Positions 12,220 to 24,497 of a DNA stretch of 64,000 bases are shown here, in pieces. This DNA comes from Priapulus caudatus (lineage: Eukaryota): contig NW_014577065.1 in assembly GCF_000485595.1 (NCBI RefSeq), positions 158,096 through 222,095 on the forward strand, in the 5' to 3' direction. How positions within the stretch are numbered: position 1 is the stretch's first letter; each line of letters begins with the position of its first letter. The translations under genes and the position numbers were made by a program. The notes under the pieces are model-generated. The model had not been told where the DNA came from and did no database searches. It was given only the letters and a program-made list of their open reading frames with translations.

Positions 12220-13790
12220 TACGTAGGTAGTAGGTAGGTTAGGTAGGGTAGGTACGGTAGGTAGGTAGTAAGTAGGTAGCGTCGGTATATGTTAGCGTAT
12301 ATGTAGTAAGGTAGGTAGGTAAGGTATGTAGGTAGGTAGGATAGAGTAGCGTGAGTCGGGTAGGTAGGGTCGGTAGGTAGGATAGGTAGGTAGGTAGGTA
12401 GGTAGGTTAGTAGGTAAGGTAGGTAGGTAGGTAGGTAAGTACAGTAGCGTAGGTAAGGTAGGCCCCCAGCACTAGTGCAATATAGCTCAGCAATCGGACT
12501 CGCCGAGCAATATTGCTCTCAGTGTGCGGGGGCATTTTTACTGCGCACAAACGACATCGCGAGTCGATTTGCTCACACATCAAACTGATTGATATTTACG
12601 CAGTGAGCAATATAGCTCTGTGTGGCGGGGCCATTTAAGTTGCTGCTCCGTCGATTATAACGGACCGAAGGGTTGAGCGATTTCTCACCTGCACTTCCCC
12701 GCTTAACATTCGCTAGCAGGCAGCGACGACTAAACTAATATGTCGAGCTGAGAGTTTGAAGCTGAGAAGACATGGCAGCGATCGACGTAGAGCAGGAGCG
12801 GATTGACCGTGTGTGTGAGAGGTGCGCGCCACGCATGCACGATACCAACCGCACGCGCTCGCACGCGTGCACACATCGGCACAACGGCCGAAACGGTCAC
12901 GCAATAATCTTATTCAGATCCGTCCGGGATATCCTAGTCGAGAGTCACACTGCCCACGGAAGTGCGCAGAGTGAAATGTGTTGTCAACCTGTGATCAAAC
13001 AAGCCAGGTGAGGGTAACTGCACATAAACGTCTTCCTCATAAATATAACATCCCGACTTACAGGCCGTGTTTACAGCGAAATTATTGAGTAGCTATGCCG
13101 TCCATATTTTTAAACAATGGCCAGACGCAAACTTGTAATAAAACATCGTATATTCACTAGCGTGAGGATTCCCTAATGTGCTCGTGTCAAAATGACGCGC
13201 ACGCTTCGTATTACGCCACAGTTTCTGCTTGTCAAATATATATTATAGTCAGTGTGGCCAGTACAGATTAGAAGTGGTAAGTTTTTTTAAGGCTGTTTAT
13301 TTGACAGAAATCATAATATTATGTGCAGGATGCATTCGCCTTCACCGCCATCAGCCGGAACGTTGACTCACAACTTTACTGTTATGAATCGGCATTCCGC
13401 GACAACTTTGCGCGTTTCTCCTCTAACCAGAAAACGGTCGGCAGCCTCTTTACCCGGCGCAATTGGGTGAAAAAACTCGTTAACAGCACGTAGAAAACGC
13501 AGGAATTTGCGGCGTTTTTTAACACGTCCCGACATGAAAACGCAAATTAGCCGCGAGGAATACCATTCAAAGTTGTTTAACAATTTTTCAGTATCAATTA
13601 TGATAGTGCATTGAAATTGCGAGTTACCGCGTGTCTCAATGCGCGGTATTCTTAAGCGCGCATGCCGTATGCGCCTAAGCGAACATTCAAACTGCAGCCA
13701 CTATTAGACTGCTAATGCGTTCACCGCTCAATACAACAGTGCAGATATAAAAGCTTTTAGAAAACGCTCGTGAACTTCTTACTCTAGCTA
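12220..13790 (-). repeat. Left arm of ~1.5-kb inverted duplication (reverse complement of 15650-17100)
   Basis: gcagatataaaagcttttagaaaacgc (13741) pairs with gcgtttctaaaagcttttatatctgc (~15675). (GGTA)n at the outer end pairs with (TACC)n at ~16950. Confidence 0.85.
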
Positions 13791-13834
13791 CTTCACGTTA
13801 CATTCGCGCGCTCTCGCCCTCCCCTGCCGCCCCA

Positions 13835-14104
13835 GAATTTGGAACAAAAATGAATTTGGAACAAAAATGAATTTGGAACAAAAATGAATTTGAAATGAAA
13901 ATGAATTTGAAATGAAAATGAATTTGGAATAAAAATGAATTTGAAATGAAAATGAATTTGGAATGAAAATAAATTTGGAACGAAAATGAATTTGAAATGA
14001 AAATGAATTTGGAATAAAAATGAATTTGAAATGAAAATGAATTTGGAATAAAAATGAATTAAAAATAAATAATAAAAATATCCGTAGCCATCTCGGCCAC
14101 CATA
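13835..14104. mobile_element. Isolated right end of IS3EU-like element: 17-bp tandem array plus terminus
   Basis: About 13 copies of AATTTG(G/A)AA(T/C)(G/A)AAAATG, then aaaatatccgtagccatctcggccaccata. The reverse complement of this terminus begins TATGGTGGCC. Confidence 0.7.
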
Positions 14105-15649
14105 CTCCAGATTGCTGTATTCGTCGTCTCTAATCAGTGTTGCTCGTTTTTATTACGTTATTTAGTGTAGATGACAGAGTAGCTGTCTTGTTGCATTGAT
14201 GGTGCATGCCCACGAGACTAATGACCGATGTGACTGATCGGTAATTCGAGATTTCGAAGCAATTCTAGAGTAATTTCGGAGCGAATGGAGGGCGACGAGT
14301 CGCTCAACATCAAAACAGTTTGATTTCTTGCAACTCGTCGCAAGCGACCAGCAGAATCGCTACGGGTTGCAGCTGCACGTTCCCGCAGACGTAGCGATCA
14401 CAGCTTTCTTACAGCAATTCTAGAATCGCTGTCGAGTTGCATGGAAAAAGTCGCAGGTCTGCGCTAGGCTTTATGCCTAGGAGACTCTCAGTCACGTTTA
14501 TAATTAGAAGCCATAGAGAATCGTTATGAGCGTCCGATCGAAAACGTATAATTAGTCTCCATACAAAACGAATTCTTAGAGGTTTACCGAAATAATAGGT
14601 ATTTGAGATGAGACACCCTGAATAATTATTCGTTTTTTTCTCCCGTTAAAATGCGTATGTGTGCGCCATCCGGTTGGAATGTATCTAGCACGTTTATCGA
14701 GTTTCCTCATATCTATGTAGTAGGAATTCATAATGTAAATCTATCCCTAGTATTCCCTACCCATAGTGTATCCCATACATCGCTAGTTCGGCTGGAGAGT
14801 AAAGAGTTGCGTGATAGCAATTATGCGTTAGTGGTAGTTTATTGTTATGGTACCTAAATTAGGCTTATAGTTAGGGTAGGTTTCGGGTTAGGAATTATGG
14901 TTATCGTTAAGGTGAGGTTAGGATTAACGTTAACGATTATGGTTATGTGGTAATGCCGTAAGCTCCTCCCTTGTACGTAGGTTGTGGCTAGGCTATGCAA
15001 TCAATCTCTGGCAGTAGGCTCCACACGCACACGCACACACACGCGCGCGCGCACACACACCCGCATATGCACGCACACGCATACGCACGCACACACACAC
15101 GCGCGCGCGCGCACACACCCGCAAACGCACGCACACGCACACACACACACACACCACACACACCACACACATCGTCAGCGCTTCCGATCTCGTTGTTGTC
15201 CGTGTGAGTATGTGCAGCAGGTGCGGGTGCGGGCCGAGGTATGACTTGCCGCTGCGGCCTACGCGACATGCTGCCGGCATCCGCTGCGCAAACGGCGCGT
15301 GTTTAACGAGCGCCGTAACGGCCACCGACTCGCCGCTGCTCGATTTCACGAGCTCGCGATATCTCGTCGACGACGGTCTTACGCGCGCATCGATTCGCCG
15401 GCCGTCGTCGGCGTCGGGTGTCGGCGCGCTGTTGACACGCGCCGTGTCCGCTCGTCCGGCAGCTGGTGGGTGTGACACGGCCGCTGCTGATGGCGCAAGA
15501 CGGACGAGCGTTCATCTTACGTGCTGTGACGTGTGCGTGTATATCGCTGGCGCGGATGGAAGAGTGCAGACGGCGGCGTGCGGGCGGGCAGACCTATGCA
15601 GCCCCTCGCTCCGTCACTGGCCATGTAGGTAGAGCTTGTGTATACGCGC

Positions 15650-17100
15650 AAGCAGAGTAAGAAGGTTCACGGATGCGTTTCTAAAAGCTTTTATATCTGC
15701 ACTGTTGTTATTGAGCGGTGAACTGCTAGCAGTATAGATAGCTGCTGCAGTTTGAATGTTCGCTTTACCCATACGGCATGCGCGCTTAGAATACGCGCAT
15801 GAGACACGCTGTAACTCGCAATTTCAATGCACTATCATAATTGAACTGAAAATTGTAAAAACTTTGAATGGTTTCCTTCCGGCTAAATTTGCGTTTCATG
15901 TCGGTACGTGGTTAAAAACACGCCGCAAAATTCCTGCGTTTTCTACGTGCTTTTAACAGTTTTTTCCCCAATGCGCGGGTAAAAGTTGCTGCCGGTTTGT
16001 CTGGTTAGAGAGAAACGCGCAAAAGTTCTGTCGGAATCCGATCATAAAGTAAATTGTGAGTCAACGTTCCGGCTGATGCGGTGAGGCGATGATCCTACAA
16101 TTATATTATGATTTCTGTCAAATAATACAGCCTTAAAAAAACTACCACGTTCTTATCTTACGTGGCACATTACATTATATATATTTGACAAGAAACTGTG
16201 GCGTATAGAAGTGTGCGCGTCATTTTTGACACGAGCACATTAGGAAATTCCTACGCTATGAATTACGATGTTTTATTAACAATTTTGACGTCTGGCCTTG
16301 TAAAATATGGGCGGCAATAGCTACTGCATAATTTCGCTGTAAACACGGCCTTTAAGTCGGAGTTATATTTATGAGAGACGTTTATGTGCATGTGTACGCC
16401 CTCACCTGGCCTGTTTCCACAGGGTTGAAACACATTTCACGCTGCGCATTTCCGTGGCAGTGTGACTTCGATAGGTATACCCGTGACGGATCTGAAGTGA
16501 AGATTATTGCTGACGTTTCGCCGTTGTGCCGATGTGTGCACGCGTGCGAGCGCTTGCGGTTGGTATCGTGCATGCGTGCGCGCACCTCTCTCACACACAC
16601 AATCCGCTCTGCTCTACGCGATCGCTGCCATAGCGTATCATGTCTTCTCAGCTCAAACTCTCGCTCACATATTATTCGTCGTCGTCTGCTGCTAGTCGAA
16701 TGTTAAAGCGGGGAAGTGTGCAGGTGAGAAATCGCTCAACCCTTCGCCGTTATAATCGACGGAGAGCAACTTAAAGGCCCCGCACACTAGAGCTATATTG
16801 CTCAGCTGCCGTAAAAATATCAAACATGTTTGATGTGCGAGCAATCGGACTCGCGAGTCGTTTGGCGCAGTAAAATGCCCCCGCATACTAGAGCAATATT
16901 GCTCACGAGTCCTATTGCTGAGCTATATTGCACTAGTGTGCGGGGGCCTTACCTACCTACCTACCTACCTACTTACTTACTTACCTACCTACCTACCTAC
17001 CTACCTACCTACCTACCTACCTACCTACCTACCTACCTACCTACCTACCTACCTACCTACCTACCTACCTACCTACCTACCTACCTACCTACCTACTACC
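15650..17100 (+). repeat. Right arm of ~1.5-kb inverted duplication
   Basis: Reverse complement of 12220-13790. Ends in (CCTA)n followed by (CT)n. Confidence 0.85.
16775..16949. mobile_element. PIF/Harbinger-like MITE (inverted copy at ~12460-12635)
   Basis: taa|aggccccgcacactag ... ctagtgtgcgggggcct|ta: terminal inverted repeats with a TAA-like target. Confidence 0.6.
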
Positions 17101-17116
17101 TACTACCTACTACCTA

Positions 17117-17190
<74 letters not shown>

Positions 17191-17710
17191 TCTCCCCCTC
17201 TCCGTCTCCGCATTTCTCTGGGAGATGAGAGGGGCTATCATCATATAAAAACATCAATTCTGAAAAGCCGCACGCACACGCGCACGCACACGTTTGAGCA
17301 CGCGCACGCGCTTGCATATAGATAGATATATACTCTCATGTACGATATCTTCGCATTTCTTCATGAATAACATCCTAGTTGCTTTAAAACGGCATTTTCT
17401 CGCAGCAAAATCCGTAGATATACCTATACTGCTAGCTCGTCTGTATTGCAAAAATTCACTACAACTCATTTCTATTGCTGCTTTCATAACATTTCTTCAC
17501 GAAATCTAAACGAAAATATTTGTCTTACGAAAGTAGCACCACGGTGATGTTTACACATCCGGGACACAGCCGAGCGATCGGCTTGATTCATTAACAGTTC
17601 TTTTTCGTTATTGTCATGAATGTCTGATATCATTGCGGAAGGGGGGATGGGGAGGTGGAGAGAACCACCCCGGTACGGTTACCAGCAGCTTAGAGAGACA
17701 GGTGTTTATT

Positions 17711-18114
17711 NNNNNNNNNNNNNNNNNNNNNNNNNNNNNNNNNNNNNNNNNNNNNNNNNNNNNNNNNNNNNNNNNNNNNNNNNNNNNNNNNNNNNNNNNN
17801 NNNNNNNNNNNNNNNNNNNNNNNNNNNNNNNNNNNNNNNNNNNNNNNNNNNNNNNNNNNNNNNNNNNNNNNNNNNNNNNNNNNNNNNNNNNNNNNNNNNN
17901 NNNNNNNNNNNNNNNNNNNNNNNNNNNNNNNNNNNNNNNNNNNNNNNNNNNNNNNNNNNNNNNNNNNNNNNNNNNNNNNNNNNNNNNNNNNNNNNNNNNN
18001 NNNNNNNNNNNNNNNNNNNNNNNNNNNNNNNNNNNNNNNNNNNNNNNNNNNNNNNNNNNNNNNNNNNNNNNNNNNNNNNNNNNNNNNNNNNNNNNNNNNN
18101 NNNNNNNNNNNNNN
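17711..18114. other. Assembly gap (404 N)
   Basis: N run. Confidence 0.99.
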
Positions 18115-20365
18115 ATCATATACATGCAGAAAAACTTACGTTATTACCGATCATACACCAAAACAACTGGCGCTTCTGTCTCTCTTGTTCTGAAGCGTTT
18201 GTTGAGTCCCACTTAAGGGAAGCTGACGTCACTGCTCTCCGCCCCACACCAGATATTCGTAGGGCCGCCGATCTCGGGCCACCCCCCCCCGCGCAATTTG
18301 ACTCACGCAATGGAATTAAAACTCGAAAATGAACTTATGAATATGACAAATCGAAAAATGAATTTGACAATGAAAATAAATTTGAAAATGAAAATGCAAA
18401 ATAAATCTTGAAATGAATAATGAATTTGAAATGAAAGTGCAAAATGAATTTGAAAGAAAATGAAAAGAATTTGAAATCGAAAATGATTTGAACATGAAAA
18501 TAAAATCTGAATTCTGGAATTCGAAATGAATTTGAAAATAAAAATGATTTGACAATGAACAATCGCATATCTTGGAACATGAAACATGAATTTGGAATAC
18601 AAAATGAATTCTCGAAAATGAACAGATTTGCGAATAACCAAATGAATTAAACAATAAAACATAAAATATCCGTGAGCCATCTCGGCCACATACTCCAGAT
18701 TGCTCGTATTCCGTCCGCTCCTCTACATCAGCTGCTTGCTTCGCTTTCTTATTACGCTTCATTTACGTGTAGATGAAGAGTCAGCTGTCTTGTTGCACTT
18801 GATGGTTGCATGCACACCGACGACTAATGACCGATGTGAATCGTGATCGGTATCTGCAGATCTTCGCAAGCAATTCTAGAGCTAATTCGGAGCGAAATGG
18901 AGGCGCGACCGATCGCTCAACATCAACAACAGTTTGATTTCTTGCGCAACATCGTCGCAAGGCGACCAGCAAATCGGCTACCGGGCATTGGCCAGCTGCA
19001 CGTCTCCCGCAGACGTAGGGGCGATCATCGCTTTCTTACACAGCAACTTAGAACATCGCTGCTCGAGTTCATGGAAAAAGTCGCCAGGTCTGCGCTACGG
19101 CTTTATGGCCTAGGGACTCTCAGTCACCGTTTATAATTAAGGAGCCCGTCAAAGAATCGTTTATGAGCGTCCGATGCGAAAACGTATAATTCAGTCTCCA
19201 TACAAAACGAATTCCTAGAGGTTTACTGCGAAACTAATAGGTATTCTGACGAGCATGAGACACCTGACATAATTATTCGACTTTTTTCAGCCGTACAACC
19301 ATGCCGTATGTGTGCGCATCCGTTCGGAATGTCATGTAGGCACGTTTCTAATCGTAGTTCCTCACTATCTATGTCAGTCAGGAATTCATAATGCTAATTA
19401 TCCCTAGTTCCTACCATAGCTGTATCCCATACATGCCTAGTTCGGGCTGGCAGAGTAGAGAGTGCGTGATAGCAATTATCGCGTTAGTGTAGTTTAATCT
19501 GTCTAGGTATAAACATTAGGCTTCAAGCTTAGGGTCAGGTTTCGGGTTGAATTATGGTTCATCGTTAAGGCTGAGACGTTAGATTAACGGTTCAACGATT
19601 ATGCGTATGCTGGTAATGCCCGTACACTCTCTCATTGCTATGCGTCAGGTTGTCGGCCTAGCGCCTCATGCAATCCAATCTCTCGCAGTGGGCTCACACT
19701 GTACCGCACACGCACACACAACACGCGCGCCGCGACCGACAGGCGCGCCGCACAACGCACGCATACCAACTCACCCCGCAACGCACGCACACGCAATACG
19801 CAGCCATTGAACACACACACACACCACACACACACACGCACACACACACACAACACAGAGCACACCACCATCGTCACGCTTGCGATCTCGTTGTGTGCGT
19901 GTGAGTATCGTGCAGCAAGGTGCGGGGTGCGGGCCGAGGTATGACTCGCCGCTGAGCGCTACGCGACCTGCCTGCCGGCATCCGCTGCGCAACGGGCGCG
20001 TGTAACGAGCGCGTAACGGCCCACCAGACTGCGCCGCTGCTCGATTTCACGAGCTCTGAGCGATACTCTCGCGAGCGACGGTCTTAAACGCGCGCATCGA
20101 TTCGCCGGCCGCGTCGGCGTCGGGTGTCGGCGCCTGTGACCGCGCCGTGCTCCGCGTCGTCCGGCCAGCTGGTGGTGTGAACCACGGTCGCTGCGATCGG
20201 CGCAAGAGGACGAGCGTTCATCTTAACGTGCTGTGACGTGTGGCGTGTACTTATCGCTGGCGCGGATGGAAGAGTGCAGACGCGGCGCTGCGGCGGGCCA
20301 GACCTATGCAGCCCTCGCTCCGGTCACTAGGCCATGCAGGTAGAGCCGCTATGTGTATACGCGCC
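18115..20365 (+). repeat. IS3EU-like right arm (to 18692) plus direct copy of 14105-15650, insertion-rich
   Basis: ctcggccacatactccagattgct... matches ~14093 onward. Homology continues to gtagagc..tgtgtatacgcgc (15630-15650 vs 20340-20365) with many 1-nt insertions. Confidence 0.85.
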
Positions 20366-21016
20366 GCGCCTAGCATATCATACTGCTACAACACTTACAC
20401 TCAACATTATAACTCCACTTCTACACATTTACTATACTTACACTACCATTACACTACATTACACTATCATTATACTCCCATTAACCCAACATTCTACTAT
20501 ACTTACCCTACCATCTAGTTATACTACATTACACTCACATTACACTTACACTTATACTATATTACAGCTACTTTCAGCATGTACATTATAACTACCATTA
20601 TAACTATCCTGAATACCTATATTAACTACATAACCACAAATTATACTACAGTTTACTATTATGAGCACTACATTCAACACTACATATTCACACCTACATC
20701 ACACTAGCATTACCTAACTCACACTACATTAATACTTACATTACACTACATTGAAGCAACCGCACACGACCGAAACCGCAGCGCGCCCACCGCACTACAG
20801 CCACAACCAACACAGAACACACACCACACCACACACACTTACAACTAAAGCTACTTCACTACTATGTTAAGATATACTAAGCTACTATATATAGTACGAG
20901 CTATAGTACTAAGCTAGATACACTTTCTATAGCCAAACCACAAGTACTATGTGTATAGCGTATATATGATACTGTAAGTGTAATATAAAGTATTATAAGT
21001 AAATGAACTGAGGCTA

Positions 21017-22599
21017 TCTCCTACATAAATGGCCAGATCTGTCTGTCTGTCTGTCCGTCTATTTTCTCGATACCCGTAAGAGGTACTCCCCCAACACCAT
21101 ATATATTCTGAATCAGCATGACACGACCAACATTTTAGGCCAAAACAATTTGACCAACAAATTTGACAAAAAAAAATTGACAAAAAAAACGCAGCGGCCT
21201 CTTCTTCCTCGACGCTCCTGGCGGAACAGGCAAGACCTTCGTTACCAACCTTCTTTTGGCCAAGGTCAGGCAGACGAGGAAGATTGCCCTGGCAGTTGCT
21301 TCAAGCGGCATTGCTGCCACCCTGCTGGACGGAGGGCGCACTGCTCACTCGGCCTTCAAGCTGCCATTCAACATGGCAAAGCGGTAAAATCCAACCTGCA
21401 ACATCAGCCGTGGCTCCATAAAGGCCAAGTTGTTCCAAGAGTGCAAGCTCATCATCTGGGACGAGGCAACCATGAGCCACAAAGGTGCCTTTGAAGCACT
21501 CGACAACACCCTACAAGACCTTCGGCACAACACACACGTCATGGGAGGTGTGACTGTCCTGCTCTCAGGCGACTTTCGCCAAACCTTGCCAGTCATCGCC
21601 AAAGGAACAAGAGCAGATGCTGTCAATGCCTGCATCAAGTCGTCGTACCTCTGGAGCAAGGTGAACCGCCACAGCCTGAACACCAACATCAGGGTGCAGC
21701 TCAGCGGCGATGAAGAAGCTGGCCGCTTTTCTCAGCAACTGCTGGAGGTCGGCAACGGCAGACTCACCACCACAGCTGATGGCCAAGTCAAGCTGCCATT
21801 CGGCAAAGCAGCAGCGGACATCACCCAGCTCATGACCAAAGTCTTCCCAAACATCCACCTCCGCTACCAAGACCAAGACTGGCTGAGCAAGCGAGCCATC
21901 CTTCCTCCCAAGAATTTGCCCGTGGATGACATCAACGCCCAGCTGCTGGAGCAACTGCCTGGCGACCCAACGAGCTACAAGTCGATGGACAGAGTTCCTG
22001 ATCCTGACCAGGTCGTGCACTATCCGGTCTCTCAACAGCCTGGTGCCCTCAGGTCTGCCACCACACAACTTGGTGCTCAAGGTCGGCGCGCCCATATTGC
22101 GCAACCTGGATGCTCCCAAGCTCTGCAACGGCACAAGGCTCACAGTGAAGCAGCTCATGCCCAGAGTCATCGAAGCCAAAATCATGACCAGCTAGGGCGA
22201 AAATGTCTTCATCCCAAGGATCCCGCTCATCCCATCAGAGCTGCCATTTCAGTTCAAGAGGCTGCAGTTTCCAGTCAAGCTGAGCTTTGCCATGTCCTTT
22301 AACAAGGCCCAGGGCCAGTCCCTCAAGGCGGTTGGACTCAACCTCAGTGAGCCAGTGTTCTCCCATGGCTAGCTCTATGTGGGGTGCTCCAGGGTGGGTA
22401 ACCCAAACAACCTCTACATCCTCTCTCAAGATGGCAAGACCAAGAATGTTGTGTACCAAGAAGCGCTGCAGAACTGAACAGAAGTGAAATTCTTGGGACA
22501 GATTTGTAAAATCCGAATAAGATCAGTACAGCCGTGATGGCAGACTAAATTCTAGCTCTTTTCTCCTTTATCCCGGGCATCGCCGGGGAGCCCAGCTAG
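21017..22599 (+). mobile_element. Internally deleted Helitron with both termini
   Basis: 5' A|TCTCCTACATAAA followed by (GTCT)n. 3' hairpin cccgggcatcgccggg then CTAG|T (22596-22599). Inserted between A and T with no TSD. Contains a PIF1 helicase remnant. Confidence 0.88.
21190..22477 (+). pseudogene. Helitron PIF1-family (SF1B) helicase, disrupted; Rep/HUH domain absent
   Basis: Motifs FFLDAPGGTGKT (Walker A), [95 protein letters not shown]. Premature stops at 21385, ~22193 and ~22370, and a frameshift near 22030. Confidence 0.92.
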
Positions 22600-23194
22600 T
22601 ACACCTATACAACGCGAGGTCATGCGGATGCGTTCATCCTCCCGCGCGCATATATACACGCACAGGCGAGCACGCACGCATAGCAATGCACACGTGCATG
22701 CAGAGGAACGCGCTTTCATACGGGAATGCGCGCACAGACGCGCGCGAACACATGCCCGTACGCAAATGCCATCGGTCGCCCTGCCTCGTTTGAAGCGCAT
22801 AGTTCGAGTGGCAAGGCGGATGATGATAAGATGAAATACGTAAGTTTTAACAGTTGCATGTAGTGGCCTCTGGGAAGTTGAAAAGATTGAAGAAATTGCC
22901 ATTCGATATGGTCGCTGTGCAGTTTTGGACTTATTATTTCGTGAGTACGTGCTTCTATGACGGCGGAGTGTGGCTCTCGCATATCAGCGCAAAAATTATC
23001 AATTTAAAGTAAGAGCTAAATTGTTGCCTATTTGTGCGATTCTATTACGAAGAAATGACGCGCAGAACAGTTTGGTGTGAATATGTTTTTGTGTCAATTA
23101 AAATTGTCAGAGGGATGAACGGTTCATCAGAAGAAGAATATGGCGAATAATTTTTTTCTTTTTATTATCTGAACAAATTTGTCATTATTAACCC

Positions 23195-23229
<35 letters not shown>

Positions 23230-23230
23230 C

Positions 23231-24497
23231 AAATTCATTTTCATTTCAAATTCATTTTCATTTCAAATTCATTTTCATTCCAAATTCATTTACGAGAACA
23301 AATCGCGGTGGCCGAGATGGCTACGGATATTGGTGGGGGCGGAGTGACGTCACTTCCCCTTAGTGGGACTCAACCACTCAACAAACCTTCAAAACAAGAG
23401 AACAAACGCCAGTTGTTTTGGTTTATGATCGGTAGATAAGTAAGATGAAAAACACATTTTACTCATTAATATAACATATAATATTACTATAATTGCAATT
23501 CTTTGTGTAAATGTGTTATTTTCATCTTCATTTTAAAGTTATGAGAGGGTCTCGGCTCTCGTAATACGACATACGTACGTACGTACGTACGTACTGCCTA
23601 CTGCCGTACTGCCACTACTGGTACTATATCCCTTCGCTCCGTCGCAGGAGCGTGTGTGTGTGCGTGCGCCTTTGCGTGTGCGCGCGCCGTGTGCATATGC
23701 GTGTGCGTGCGTGCGCGCGTGTGTGTGTGTGCGTGTGCGTGTGTGCGCGCCGTGTGCCTATGCGGCGTTTGCTAGATGTTAGCAACACGAGGTCGCGATA
23801 ACCACATCACACGTTTGCTCTAGACTGGTCTTCACCGCCAGCACCACTCAGAAGCTCGCTATGCTAGATGGCACGATAGCAACCAAACATGTGTCTGTGG
23901 TTGAGTCCCGCGGCTCACGTGTGATGTGGTTATCGCGTCCTCGTGTTGCTAACAGTAAGCAAACGCCGCATAGGCACACGGCGCGCACACACACACACGC
24001 ACACACACACACGCGCGCACGAACGCACACGCATATGCACACGGCGCGCGCACACGCAAAGGCGCACGCACACACACACACGCTCCTGCGACGGAGCGAA
24101 GGGCTGTAGTACTAGTACGGCAGTAGGCAGTGCGTACGTACGTACGTACCTATGTCGTATTACGAGAGCCGAGACCCTCTCATAACTTTAAGATGAAGAT
24201 GAAAATAACACATTTACACAAAGAATTGCAATTATAGTGATATTATGTTATATTAATGAGTAAAATGTGTGTTTTTCATGGAATATACATCAGAAAAACT
24301 TACTTATCTACCGATCATAAACCAAAACAACTGGCGTTTGTTCTCTTGTTTTGAAGGTTTGTTGAGTCCCACTAAGGGGAAGTGACGTCACTCCGCCCCC
24401 ACCAATATTCGTAGCCATCTCGGCCACCGCGATTTGTTCTCGCAAATGAATTTAAAATGAAAATGAATTTGAAATGAAAATGAAAATGAATTTGAAA
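23231..24497. mobile_element. Foldback element (~585-bp inverted arms, ~100-bp spacer), IS3EU-like, outer termini missing
   Basis: 23231-23814 is the reverse complement of 23917-24497 (e.g. ggagtgacgtcacttccccttagtgggactcaac vs gttgagtcccactaaggggaagtgacgtcactcc). 17-bp arrays at both ends, flanked by (TA)n. Confidence 0.88.

Noticed and set aside
13835..14065. 17-bp array as CRISPR or iteron repeats
   Set aside because: No spacers; it is the subterminal array of a TIR element present four times in the window.
9719..18216. Long track ORFs containing X runs
   Set aside because: They are open only because they span the N-gaps.
21190..22477. Host PIF1 helicase gene
   Set aside because: Intronless, disrupted by stops and a frameshift, and bounded by Helitron TC and hairpin-CTAG termini.
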